A stretch of DNA of 64,000 nt from the NCBI GenBank assembly GCA_001949185.1, contig BDGG01000004.1, positions 2,071,620-2,135,619 on the forward strand, read 5' to 3'. This stretch comes from Ramazzottius varieornatus (lineage: Eukaryota; Animalia; Tardigrada). Position 1 is the stretch's first letter. Each line of letters starts with the position of its first letter. Positions 48,922 through 62,833 of the stretch are shown one piece after another. The notes beneath the pieces are model-generated. The model searched no databases. It worked only from the letters and a program-made list of their open reading frames with translations, and was not told the DNA's origin. The position numbers and the translations under genes were made by a program.

Positions 48922-51900
48922 ATGGCTGAATATCGCATCGTTCTTGATGGACCACCATGGGGCTTTCGACTACAGGGACAGCCACCGCAAATATCTGTGG
49001 TAAGAACTAAAAAAGCATATCGCGCTGTTTTTGTGCCAGTCGGCAACGTCAGTACAGTGTACGTACGACAAGATAAGCTTTCGAAAATGGGCGGAGCGTC
49101 TTAAATACGGATGAGGAATCATGATCATTTTTAAGCCAATGCGCAAATTTGATTCGCTATATCCAGCTGGTTCAATTGACACCCGTTTTTGGAAGTGTAT
49201 TCTGTCGTACACTGTATGTAAGGGTTGCACAGTAAGGTGAACACGCTCCAGGAAGCCACTGCAGGCGGCGCCAGCAGTAAGCCATGCTTGTATTGCAGAC
49301 TTGCAGTGTTGAATTGTTCCAACAAAAAAAGTTACAGTGTGTGGTTGGTTATCTTGGGTTTTCTGAAGAAATTTGGCAAAAAGTAGAACTTGCATAGTTT
49401 GGCTTACCGGAAATGATGAATGTTTTAAGAGTTCCTCAGATGCCTGGGGCTGATAGTTCGATTAGAGGGGATCGTGAAAACGATTCTCAGCGATGCAGCT
49501 GTTGTTTGAAGAAATTGATAGCTTCTCGAGATAATGTAGGATGTAAACCGTTGGAAAAGAAAGTTCACTATATGCTAGTTAGAAACACAAATGGGTCATC
49601 CCATTTCCGAACTCTCGTAAAATCGTTCAAGCGAACGGTTATGACAAAATGCGTCGGTATCGATGAACAAAATAATGGTCTCTAGCAGAGTCTTTAACCT
49701 ATCTCAATGCTGCACCTTTGATCCTGACTGTTGGGTCTTATCTGTTTTTCCTCCGGTTACAGGTATGAGAGTGTGAATCTTGTTGTGCGTTTTTCTGATG
49801 ATGCGTCCACGTGCCGCAGAGTCGCATTTTGTCAATGCTCTCACTGTAAGCAATTGCGCGAACTGTGCTGTATAGTGTATACGGATTGTTGCTCGCATAT
49901 GTGCGGTATTTATTATACCTGCATGATCCAACTTGAATGTCAATAACAAGTTCCACGCAGTTGGAATTTACAGTCTACCATGTTCTTTGCGACCTGCACA
50001 ATTTGACTGTTGAGCTAACATTGGTTGTCCCCTTTCTTCCCAGAACCGTGATTGTGTCGAACTTCCGGGTTCCTCGGGCCCTCCGAGAGGGCTAGGCGGC
50101 GGCTGTATCCCCATCAACAGTTTATCGATTGTTAGACAGCTGGGATTTTTAGTCTATTAGGCTTGATAGTGTGCGGATTGCTCGTTTATATTGTTTATCG
50201 AGAATTTTGCGCTGTGTTTTCGCGCTTCTGCGTGGATCACGGACCAGATCTAAAGATTTAACTGTTCATAACTGAACAGAAATCAGGATGAGAACGAGCC
50301 GACCTTCTCATAATGGGGCTGGTTCTTCATCGGTTATGATGACAGTAAGTCAGAGAAATGGATAATGTGACGAGAGTTCGAGGCATAGTTTTCTGCGCGT
50401 GGCTGTCGAAAATATCCTTACAGAAAGACTGGCCATTCGATTAGCATAAGCTGCACCTAGGGAAAATTCCCATTTTGTGAGCATCTCAGGTTTAACAATT
50501 GCAACGTATTGCAAAATTTTTTATATGTAGATGCTTTCCGTTACACAGTATTGTTTGGTTGTGGGGTTAACGCGGAATGCAAATACCTGATTGTTCACGA
50601 AACAACGATAAGCGTCGATATGCAATGATGCGTGGAATGATGAGAAACACGAAAAGCGCAGCGACCCATGAGTAGGTTCGACTAGCGTACATATTAGTTT
50701 GTTCAACTTTGCCGGGTTCCTTCTGCTAATCAGCTGGAAGAGGTCCATGCGTTACTCGCCAGGGTATTCTATCTTGTGTGGTTCAGCCAACATCATTTGC
50801 ATAAGCTCCAGAGGAGAAACATACCGTTCACCCAGCGCAAACAGATGGCTTCTTGGGCGCCAAATGGTCGCTCTTTAGCTGACTAATATTAAAGGTTCGC
50901 TGCCATAAGACGAGTTTTGAATTACATCAGTGAAAGTGGGAATATTGCCGGCGGCATCTCTCTGGCGTTTGAAGTGACTTCGAGCTCCTGAAGTACGACG
51001 GTTTCTCCTCGTCTACTCTTGAGCATACTGCCTGACGTTCTACTTTTAGCCTACTACCATTACATGTGGAGCACCAAGTACTAGAAGGCTAATTTTACTC
51101 CTCTTTTTGACTTTCGTAAACGTTGAGAGTTGCGCTGATAACAACCACACACATCAGGCCAAGTCAGTAGAGTACGTTCTATCGTGCGAACCAATACCGA
51201 GAAATATATCGTTCTAATGCCGGTAGTTCTTGCACGACCGAGCTGGTGAAGGATCAGTGCTAATAGGTGGAGGAAGCTTCGTCTCAACGTTCTATGTACT
51301 ATCGTTTCGAAAATAATCTGTCGGTAGAAGCAGACGTGACATTCCGTTCTGGAAGGAAGCCTGGCCTACTGCCTTCGAGAGACCTCTGGTATTTTTGCTC
51401 CGTCTGACGAACCTCAGTTCTGAGCTTTGTTAGAGCCATCGTTTCTCCCTCCACCTCACATTTTGCTAAGGAGAATTATAGGAACGGTTTGTTCATCGGC
51501 CTTTGGTTTTAGGTCAATCCAGGAAGCAAGGCTCATCGGCAAGGCGTCGAGCCCGGCGACCAAGTCCTCGCTATTAACGGCGACCCTGTCCACCATCTCG
51601 AACAAGCTCAACAGTCCGTCCGGAATGCCGGATTGAACCTTGTGCTTCAGCTGAGAAGGTATAACATTATTCCAACTATTTCCGGATACTGCTAGAACAT
51701 AGTGAATAAAAAACAATGCGGTGTTTGAAATTGCTGTCTGATGTGCTTGCGCGTGTGTGGTTGGACCTTATTTGGTAGCGCTTGGGGCAATTGTTTGGCC
51801 GCCTTAAATAGCATGCTACATGTTAATTTATGCGGTAGAAACAATCGGCGGCTAAACGGTTCTTTTGTATGTGTGCTTTTCGGTGGTGTTGGTGCCGACG

Positions 51901-54900
51901 ACCGGGCCTTTCATTTTTGTGGTAGCTGCACCATGATGGCAGGCGACTAATCGACTGGCGTTGTGCGTGACGTCTTTATTGATGAATATATTTCGTCGCA
52001 GAGCACCACGGACGGCCTTTTCCCGACCACTTCGACCAACGTTTCTGGTGGATGGTCTCCAGCAGCAGCGTGTACAAGAGGCTCCTGCTGCTGCTACAAC
52101 AACCGCTGTTAGTGCTGACTTCGCCCACCTACGCAGTGCGCCCACGGAGGAAGAGATAAGTTCCAGCCTTGAGCGGCAACCACAACATTCGCCATCAACG
52201 TCGTCATTGCCTACCGCCGACACTTCCGTCATTCTTCGCCATCGCGCTGATCAGCCGTCCGCAAACACTGACTCGGCATCATCGTTATCTAATCCTGCAT
52301 ATTTACCGGCTAAAGCCGAAAGTACACCTGTCGTTGGAAATAACTTTGTGAGCTCTGCAGGTAAGTCACATGTCTCGGCAATTAAATTCGCCATCCAGCA
52401 TCTTACCATACGTCTCTGTACACTCAAACACAGAGCGTTTCGAAGACGTCCAATTGGTATCTTGATGATGTTTTTTCGACCGATCAGTGTACAAAAAATC
52501 AGAATATTTCAGATCAAGTGGTTAACACAGGCGCCGTGTTGGATGATTGTGTTACGTAATCCAATTTAGCCTCTACCTTTGTGGTGCGCAGTCGGTACCG
52601 ATAGACCTACTTCAACACAAAATCTATTCCAGTTTCATAGCTCTGTGATAAAGCAATTCATAAGGACCCACCTATCATATGTTTTATGATGAGCTCGTAG
52701 TTTGGAATTAGCCTCTACGTAACGCCATCAAACAACTTCGCGGCCTGCAGTGAAAGCTCGGCGTTATCTTGACTTTGGGACGTTAAGCTCCGTAGGTACC
52801 GCTCTGGTCTTTACGCTTTATTAGTTCAAGAAAACTCAGACGTATGGTATGCAGATAATATTTCCTTTTCTCAAAATTAAAGTTCGGTAATCTTAAATCG
52901 GCAAATCGGCTCGAGTCACGATTGCTCCGCGAGCGATTGGGGAGCTAGGCGAGAACATATTGGGCAAATTTCGCCCCGTTGAATTGCGTGATGACAATAA
53001 AATGAAAGATAAATCGAAGTATTTACACCGACGGGCAACTTGTGTTTTCAAATGTGATGGAACACTTGGCCGCAGGATCAAAATTTCCCGGCACGACAAA
53101 TGAGAGAGGAAGGTCTTGACATCAGAGCTGCAGCACAGTTCATACTGCATGTGGCACTCGAGAGACTTCGAGTTCGCCAGAAGCTCGAATCCACTGTAAA
53201 TCATTAGGAAGAGACCTCGTACTGTGCATAATTATAGCTTGAACAAACCTCTACTTGTTTCGAGCTGCGTAATACTGCTATTGCCACCGACATATGCCAC
53301 AAGGTTCTGATAAACTACTACACGATAATTTGGATGATGTTGGAAGTTCGTTGGTGAGTAAGTTCTTCCCCATGAAGCTTCCAAAACCTTAGCGTGTAGT
53401 CGCAGCGTAAGCAGGTGACGCTCCAGAAGCTGAACTAACGAGTGGTCACGTAAACTTAATCCCTTCCAGACAAGAAACTGCTGTTATCGATCATTACCGT
53501 CTTGAGAAATCCCGAGATGAGCCCGGCCTTTGGAAGCAGAAAATCTTACTACAGGAGTGAGCCAAATTTGCGGGAAAAATTTATCGTATTTGTTTTGAAA
53601 TTCCTTAACACCCTGAATACCAAGCTTTTTGTGTCGGCAGACTACCAGCGTACTCACAGTGAGCACAGAACTTTAACTGGAGGAAATGGGAGGGCGTAAC
53701 CCAAATTAACCAATCGACAACTTTCAGAATTTCGAAATTGTGGAGATTGGCAGGCCGTAAAGGCCAACGTGGGAAAAGTAGCCCTGGCCGTTTTGATTTT
53801 TTTCTGGACTCACCGATGACACGAAGTTTGTCCCAAGCCTAGTATCGGTAGAGGAAGCTCTGCTTAGTGTTTCGTTTTTTTTCTAAACAGATGGTAGCTA
53901 TGTATCTCGAGCAAAGACAGGAAACCTAAAATACTCCCGAAACTGCCCGAAATCGTAAGGATTTTTTCAGCCTGAGGAAGTTGTACTGACCAGTAGTCAT
54001 CGGCTGCGTTTCGGTGATAAGACCATAGACCAGGCAATGAAAAACATTTTGGTTCAAACCGGACAAAATGGAAATTATGGGGAGCGAAAAAGTGCCGTAT
54101 TGTACTCACATTGAGTACGGTGGCAATCAGGCTGTTAATATCGAAAAATCATACATTTTGCTTGAATTCTAACAAAACTTATGGTACTACAGGGAATTCC
54201 GGCCCACCTACAGCTGAAACGATGGATAAGGAGAACACGTCTTCCACAGCAGCTGCTATTTCCGGCCCGCCCATGTCACCGTCTTTCAAGGTTAGAGGCG
54301 TGAAGCCTCAAGTGTGGACGCCCACGCAGCAGCCCAGCCGCGTTCCTAAAGAGTTTTATGCGGCGGTCAATCCTACCAATCGCGACCAAAGCCTGCATTC
54401 GTCTTCCGTCCCTCCGCCTTCTCATTCAAGCCTCTCCATGACTCTGAACGTGGAAGATAGACTTCCCTCTTCTACACACAATGGCGTGTACTCACCAAGC
54501 TCCAGCAGTTCCGGTTTCGTCAGTAACGCGACTTACTCGGATCGAACGGTTTGTGCTCTCCAAAGTTTCTTCTATCTGGCAATGCCTTGGTGCTTACGGA
54601 TCTCATTGCTAATCAGCAGGACGACTTACCACCGTCTCATAACTACCAAAACCGGGAAGAAGCTGAGCAAAAGCCGGACAACAAGGATACCATGCCTGTT
54701 GACAGGACCGCCTCTGACTCTGTCAAACTTCCGCGTACCGCGAGCCCGACTGTAACATTGCTGCAGCGAGCCCGAGGTACAAGCCTATTTTGAACTTCTT
54801 GCTTATAACCACCGTCACCAATTTTTTTTTACAGAGACGCAAATGAATCGACAGAAAGAAAGGTCTAGCGACGCTCCACACTCGATACCATCCAGTAAAG

Positions 54901-57900
54901 GGAACACGGAAGTGATCCGTGGTTACACAGACTTCGTACGGCACCATTTCCCACCACCACCTTTGTATGAAGGAACTGGGCCGGAAAACGAGAAAGGAAT
55001 TCCGACCGCTCTTAGAACTGTAAGAGCTTTTTTTCTTATAAAAGCCTGACGAAAGTACCGAGTACCACCAGTATCCAATATTGACTGGTCTGCTTCCCAT
55101 GAGTAGACCATCAAGGATGATAATCAGCATGACTGGTACAAGAAGATGTTCAAAGCGATCCACAAACCTGAAGACGAGACTGGTAAGAGACGCTTACAAG
55201 CGTCGAGCAAGCTCTTGGGTTTCGCGCTTTGTGTGTATTGGTCGCCGTACCAAGTTCGCTGTTTACTCTGCCGCTAATACCGCTTAGAAGTTCGTATGTT
55301 TACCATCCGACTAACTTGCAGACTTTGTCCTCGTCAAATACGAAAAACCAAAGCGAAGTAAGTGTGGAACAACTGCTGAGGTTTAAATGTTTCACACCAA
55401 GTCTAATGATCAATCCACTCTGCAGGATCAGGGTACTCCCCAACACCAACGAATCGGTATCTTTCGGATGCTTACATGAGCGAACCGGAATTTGGGCGTG
55501 GTCAGTAACAGCTGTCCTGCTTCACTGATTCTTTGGTCTACCCATAAACTTTGGGGTTTTGTCCCGCATCCCTAGAAGGAGCCATCATAACTCAGAGACT
55601 TGAACCATCCTGTAATTACAGATGGTTACAATAGAACTTATGGCTCCGCTATGTCCGATGTGGAGAATAGTCGTGATTATGGTGGTAAGCATCTTTTGAT
55701 GGCACAGGACACATCCCTGTTCCCGACAAACTGTAATTTACTGGATGTACTCCATTTATAGATTACTCACGCACACATTCGTTACCACGCACAAAGAAGA
55801 ATATCAGCCCAGAAAAGGATAGACCCAGTGTGTCGCAGCCCCTGTCGAGTACCTCCACTCCCTACAAATACTACACCAGTCCACCAAAGGTCGAACCAAA
55901 AAGCTGGCTGTCGTCGTCTTCACAGAATCAACGGGTCGACCCAAAGCCCCTCGACAGCTATGAACCCGGACATTCTTCCATCTCGAAAAGAGAGGCGCTG
56001 CAGGTTAGCGGCTGAACAGATCTGCTGCAATGCTTTCATTTCCGAGTTTTTCAACGTTCACCAGAATCCACCCACAAAAATAGTTCTCTAAAAATGTCAG
56101 ATTAAATTCAAACTAACATTATATTGGATTTTGTGAACAGGATCGTGATTGGAAGAGAGTAAGTCCAAGACTGATTTTATCCGAATTTTTGTTGTTTTAT
56201 TTCTTTTCTTTTTTGCTCTTTCTGCTCTTTTGGGAGTGTATGTTCCGTTACGCATGGAATCCTCTCCATTTCGTCAAGATCTCGGTATTCAACTACATGT
56301 GCTTTTTTATTGCAGCAGACTAATCTGTATAATCCTCCACCGGATATACCACAGTCGCACTATTCGATGAGCACGCTAACTTCCGGCAAGCCAAAGACGG
56401 ACAGCATCTACAGACGCAGCCACAGCAACCGCGCCCTGTCTCCAGAAGAGCAAAGGGATATTTACCGAAACTTGCAAAGAGGAGGTGACGTTCCGATTCA
56501 AGGATTTGGAAGAACTACGCCCCAAAGGTCAAAAGGTTAGTGCCTAATGAACGTAATGACTAATGACACTGAAGACAAACGACTGTCCATTTTACTTGAG
56601 GGCTTTTCAAATTGAATGCAATAAGTTAAACGTTTAGGAAATCGATGTGATGTTTAATCTGATGAACTTCATAATAATTACTGATCGCAGAAATATTCTC
56701 GTCAGTTTGCCCATTCAACTTATTCGACATCCATGTACCGTATGATCGCACTCTTCGTATATAACTTTTCTGGTAGTGGATTCAGTTCGGCGTCTGCATA
56801 GTGTGCTCTCTTGGTGAAGGGCTTTGTGTCAATCAACTTCCCTTATAGAAACTGACCCTGGTTTACTAACAAGTGCAGAGTACGCCGCCTGGCGAGCTGC
56901 TTTTGCAACCTCAAGAAATAGCCAGCTCAAAAAGCCAGTCTTCGATACCACCTACCAGACCAGAAACTCTTCGACGAGCTCCGACAAACCTGTTCGACGA
57001 GCCGATCTCGCCAAAAGCAGGTTGTCGTTCTTCAAGCCCCAGCACGGCGATGACGGTACCTCTGAAAGCCAACAGTACAAACGAGTGTTTTGGGACCATC
57101 AAAATATTGGGAGACCCTTGACCAAAATACAGAAAGCCGTGCCGAAAACCCAGTTCAGCTTCTTCAAAGCATTAACAGCCGATGAAGAAGAGCTACCTTT
57201 CCGCACGTTGGCAGTATCCAACTGGTCAGGCGAAGCCAAGAAGATACCCCGAAAACGATCGTACAGTGTTCACGATCGGCCCACAGCACAATCAACCGAC
57301 AACTGGCTTTCTAACCTGCAGAATGTTTTGGACTCTTTGGGAGAACTTGTCAGACCAAAAAACAACCTGGAAAACATTGTTAACCCTTATTTCCGAAATA
57401 AGCTCAACTTCCAGCTTGCCTGTCCCAGTCCGCCGATAGTGAATCGGATTCGACGGCAAGAGGATTTTGTCTTTCATTCACGACGCTCGGGAATCTTGTT
57501 CTCCAGTGTCGACTCCAAGCTCTTGCACACTGACACATTCCAAACTATTGCTCAATCCAAAACTTCCGACAACCTCTCCCACATTTCTCCCCAGTCGAGA
57601 CCACACAAAAACCATAACCTTCACAAAGGAAAACAAACCAGTCCGGTTAAAGTACAGGCTGAGAAAGACGCGCTCAGCTTGTTCCAGAAACGCAAAGAAG
57701 AACGCATGCGAAAGTTAACTCGAAAGATGTTCTCCTTATCTCAAGAACCTAAGACCATCCCAAATAACCTTCCTGTTGTGCCCATCGCGACGCCTGGACG
57801 AGTAAAACGCATGAGTGAGAAATGGGAGACCTGGCAGCGCATTCGATCGGCTTCCGCTTCCCCGAAACCTGCGAGGAAACAACCGCATTTCAGCTACACT

Positions 57901-60329
57901 GACCTCGGCCTGGACAACGTCTGGTACACGAAGCAGAACAAAGTGATGAGTACCAGCAGAAGCCTTCCACGAATGCCTTCGGACGATTTCACCGAAGAAA
58001 AACCTGCTATGCTTCCTCAGTCGAAGTCGCTATCCACCACAAAAATAATGAACGCAAGCGGGTGGAACAGCAAGAACCCATACCGGCATGTGGGGTTCGA
58101 TTTGCTGGAGTCATCGCTCAGTCTGGACGAGAGGATGTCTACAGTTTCCAGCTTTGCGGACTCTGGACTGGAATACTTCCGCCATGCTAGCTCGCTGTCT
58201 TCCCTGTCGTCGTCCGAAAATGGCTATGGGTCCTGGCGACTAACAGGTTCTCTCACTCGCTTGCGCTGTTTTGTACCTTCGCCGTCGCATGTAGCGTTCT
58301 GTGTCTGGTGCATGTTTTCCTGTGGTTTATGCACGTTTTGAGTTTCACCTCTCCGTGAACGAACTGACGCATGATTCCATCATTCTAGTCACTAACTTCC
58401 TCCGTTAAATATGTGCTATTGTTCTCCTAATTTTTCAGGTTACTAATTCGTATCTCATACTCATTCATCTATTCGGTTTCCTCATTTCAGTTATGTACTC
58501 AAGTTTCAGTTGAAATACAAGCAGTTCTAAATATGCATTCTTTTTCTCGTAGATACTGATAACATGTTTTCTTTCGACGTATCCAAGCTGGAGTCTGACA
58601 TCGAGCAGATTACCGCGCCCCCATCCAAAAAGCCTCTCACGGATAACTCAGGTATGTATGACAGACAATCATTAAATTGGTGGGATTACGGTGACCCAAA
58701 TAGGTCTGTACGTGGAAGAATATCTTTCTAGGTCCTCGGAAAGACTCCGTGATTTACTACACTAGTCCCGTGCAAGCTCAAGCAGCGGGAACCCTCTCAA
58801 GACAGAAGTCGCTGGAACGACAGCGCTCGCAACCAACAGAGTTCGAAGACGATACCTTCGACTTGTCGAAAGAGTACAGAAGGATCGACGAGATATACGA
58901 GAGGGAGCGGGAAAAGCGGCAAAAGAGCCGGTTACAGGAAGAAGAGAAAAGAAGGCATAATTACATACCAACAATGGCCAAATCTCCGGTTCCCGGTGAT
59001 CGCTATGACAGTGTGTACGAAGATCCTTTCAACTTCTCCCCTGGGCGGCCTCGTTCTGCCAGTCCGGGATCCTTGGGCATGGTCAGGCAGAACCGTGCTC
59101 GATCAGCAAGCTCACATGGAGATTATTACGACATGTCCCAACTCAAAGGTCCCGCGAGAGCTCTTTACACGTTCAAGGCCCAAAACCCACGGTACGGTTT
59201 TCACAGTACGAGACACCAGAAAATAAATTAAAATATTCTCTTGTTTTAGGGAGCTTTCCTTCCGACAAGGCGATATTGTAATGGTAACGCAAGCTCTTGA
59301 CGAGAACTGGGTGGAAGGCGAATGTGAGGGGCGTGTTGGTATCGCACCGGCAAGTTATCTCGAGGTAAGCATCATCTTCTCAGAACCGGCTCTCAAGTCT
59401 GCTCATCTTCGCGCCAACAACCACTAGTGTAGGCCAAAAAAATGGTTCTAACATTTCTGCGTTGTTAGAGCTTGACGGTTGAAAGACCACGGAAAGCTGA
59501 ACAGCTCGCTATACAGGGAGAAGCACGAGCCAAGTACCCATTCAAGGCACAAAGCCAAGTGGAAATGTCATTAGCCAAAGGTAGGAAATCCATAACATTT
59601 CCCGTACCGCGTCTAGACGAAAAAAACCCACATTACTAATCGTGTATTCTCTTTCTATAGGAGAAATCATCACGATAATTCGCAAAGTGGATGCCAATTG
59701 GTACGAAGGGAAAATCGGCGCTCGAAGAGGCATATTTCCTGGTACAAAACTTTTCCCTGTCGAATCTGAGTATCCTCCGTGTTCGGGTTTTGATTGCCAT
59801 TTGATTTGCAGTTGCCTATGTAGAAGTACTGAAAGAACCTGGCTCGGCTACAGCAAACCACGCGACCTACCCACGCAACTCCTTCACGCCGACCCGACCG
59901 GCAGAGCCGTCGATCCCTTCCTCCGCGCCGAAGAGCCCCGCAGCTGTTCGCCGACAGTCGAGTTCTGTTCTAGAAGGATCCGACAGGCTTAGTGGTGGCG
60001 AAGAAGTGGTGAACGAGTTCAAGACCCAGATATCTTCAAGTCCGACGAGCCATCTTCGAAAGAGCAGCAGACCCAGCTTTTCGGTCGATGAGTTGCTGAT
60101 CCCGCCGCCTACTTCCTCCAGGCAAGAAAGCCTCCCTACAGCCAGCAAGGCGCCTGAGCGGTGTAGAGTACTGTACAACTACCGGAAGGTGAACGAAGAC
60201 GAGATGGACCTACGAGAAGGCGAGGTTGTCGAAGTGATAGAACGATGTGATGATGGCTGGTTCCAGGGGAAAAAGAAGAATGGGGAAACAGGTTTCGCTC
60301 CGTCCAACTATGTTCAAGAGATAGTGTAA
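48922..60329 (+). CDS. CAP: CAP/vinexin/ArgBP2 (SORBS) family adaptor: N-terminal PDZ, SoHo, three SH3 domains
   Basis: PDZ MAEYRIVLDGPPWGFRLQGQPPQISV|VNPGSKAHRQGVEPGDQVLAING (exon 2 at 51513-51658); SPTVTLLQRAR; SoHo HDWYKKMFKAIHK; SH3 domains ARALYTFKAQNPR|ELSF, ARAKYPFKAQ, CRVLYNYRKVNEDEMDLREG. Confidence 0.88.
56849..58341 (+). CDS. Large probable alternative (terminal) exon inside the CAP gene
   Basis: ~1.5-kb stop-free frame beginning at a good acceptor (ttcccttatag|AA), in phase with the donor after 56535. Confidence 0.55.
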
Positions 60330-61001
60330 AAGCCTAAAAACTTTGGACGTCGGACGAAGCTGCTTGAAGATCCGAGAAGAGAACCGGAGGACCAAAAAGA
60401 AATGGCAACCGCCACAGGAACTCAACTGACAGCCTTCCCAAATTGTTAACAGTAAAAGCATGGGGGACTAAATACTGTGACCCGCAAAGAGGGTTTTTTC
60501 TGTTTCTAAGACTGACTGTTGCATTTTTCTTATAAGTAGTCGGGTGAACCGTAGACATAACTTCTGAGCGAGAGGTTTTGGTGTTCAGTAACCGGTGGAG
60601 AGAAGTCTAACTGTGAATGCAAGTGTTTAGCGATTTTATGGAAGAGTGAGTTCTACTTATGTACCAGGAACTCGAGAGACTTCCTAGTTGAGAACTGAAG
60701 ATGAAAAAATTAACTAACAAGAATACGAATAAAGGTATTTGTGCCACATGGTCGATCAACAAAAAGGTGGAGATCGAGATGTCGTTCAAGAAATGTCTCT
60801 ACACAAAGAAAAGCAAACAGAGAAAAAGGGCAAAATGCACAGTTTTGAACGCTATATATAATACAGCAACTGCAAAACACGATCCATCTAGATAGATACG
60901 AGTACCATTTGGTACTGGTGCTTCTAATGCTGAACAGAATGTAATCAAGTTAACAGGTAGTACAAGACCGAGCTGACTTGCCAGTTTCCACCGTTGGCTT
61001 T

Positions 61002-62035
61002 TCAAGTTTGCTCTGCTTCAAGTCCGACCCATTGAGCGAAGGTAAGTTCCTGATCAGCATTTTCACGTTTGATCTGGGCAATCCACTTGTTTTCCAGTTT
61101 TTGGAGTGTCTTGGGCGGAAGTTCGAAAATACTCTTCAGCTGATCCTTTCCCACCTTGCCTTTCAGCTGCCTAAAATACAATAATGCGTGATTCATCAAC
61201 CCCATACATAATTATAGCATAAACAGAGCAACTGGTCCTTTTGCCTTAGCGTTATCGTACTGTTCACTACTTTCGACCTTGCCAAACATACCCTAAACTG
61301 TACTTGTTCCAGTAATGCGCGTAGAGGAGCTCGTGCGCAACGGTTCTCTTGGTGGTTCCAACGAGATCATACTCCACAACCTAAGAAACGAAAACCCATT
61401 ACACATTCAAGACCTAAGACCTTTATTCTATATTATAAACTGGGGACATGCAGATAAATTGAACCAGATCGTTTCCGCAAGTGGCGCGCGCCTTTAGCTG
61501 CAGTAATAACACTGACAACGTGAATACGATCTGGTTCAGGTCATTTGCCCATCTCCAAATTAAATTCGGTATAATAAGCGGGACAGATGATTTCTACCGC
61601 AACTTAATTGCACCAACCGCTTCGTCGCGCTGCTTCTGCGATCGTCCCCATCCGGGGTATCTGACTAAGTACAACGGCACATCCTTCTTCAGTTCTGGAC
61701 AGTAATAAGGCTTCTTTTCCACGTTCTGGATGACTGCGTGGTAATACAGGCCACTGTGACATACTGCCACAGGATCCCCTGCAATAACAGCACACTGCAT
61801 CAGAATAACGTCAGGCTTTCGAAGCCATCGGGAAGAGACATAAAAGTACATGGACAAATTTCTTACCTCGTTCAAACTTGGGCACTGCTTGATAGGTATC
61901 AGCTGCGTACGGGGCATCCTTAACTTTTTGAACCGATGCTCCTACTCGCTCCAGCCTGTCCTTCACAGACAGCGTCTTCCATACGGCGAATTTGTCTTGC
62001 ATGTCCGAGTTACTTGGTCTGTCTGTCTGCGCCAT
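61002..62035 (-). CDS. Small chromo-barrel (Tudor-knot, MRG15/MSL3-like) protein, ~190 aa, 4 exons, no MRG domain
   Basis: PKFER|GDPVAVCHSGLYYHAVIQNVE...PLYLVRYPGWGRSQKQRDEA|VVEYDL parallels MRG15 PKFQEGERVLCFHGPLLYEAK...YFIHYSGWNKNWDEWV. Confidence 0.7.
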
Positions 62036-62328
62036 GGCTACGGTGCGCAACGATTAACCTGAGATTCACCAGAATGAACACAAGGAACGAGTCAACTCGG
62101 TGCTCTAACGACGGTCATGTAATCGAGGCAGCGCTAACTTCACCAAAACAGGAATAATAAAGATATCTCAGTCCGGCTCAGTTTAATAGCAATGCAAACG
62201 GGAAGAGAAAATTAATAAATGTCGCCGAGCTCTGGTCAAAGGAACGAACCTGTATCCTGAAAAGACTGATTCCCAAGATTTCCAAAACGACTACAGTAGT
62301 AGCCTTCGACGACGAGTGGTGAAGAATG

Positions 62329-62336
62329 TGACGTCA
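62329..62336. promoter_or_regulatory. Palindromic CRE (TGACGTCA) in the chromo-barrel/CYSTM bidirectional promoter
   Basis: Exact motif in a head-to-head interval. Confidence 0.4.
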
Positions 62337-62833
62337 GAGCGCCTGACCGAAATACGTTTATTACGTACAACGTCTGTAAAGCATGTTACACGTGACCAGT
62401 ACCCGCTGCCCAGCGGCCCAACGTGCAAGTAAGAATGGGGACGTCCCGATTCTTACTTCCCGATTACACAATAACGGCAAATTCATCGCATCAGGATCGT
62501 TCTGAACCGCGCTCTTGAACACTCGAAAGACTGCGCACTACGGAACGGAGTGCCGAAAGGGACGTTCAAGCAATAGTTTCTGCGTGCTCAAGGGTTCGCT
62601 GCCGAAGAGCCATCATCCAGTTCTCAGGTGGACCGGTAAGGTGGCCAGGTGGCTCAGGTGGCCACTAATTGTGAAAGGTCCGCAACTTGCCAAGGTTGCT
62701 CGGAGATTCCTGCGAATGACATACAGAGCGGTTCCCGACTGTGTGCACTACCTCAGCTGATACCTTATGCTCTGAAGTATTGAAGAACCCTCTTGCTTCC
62801 GCACTCCATGCGATTACGGGAACCACAGAACCA

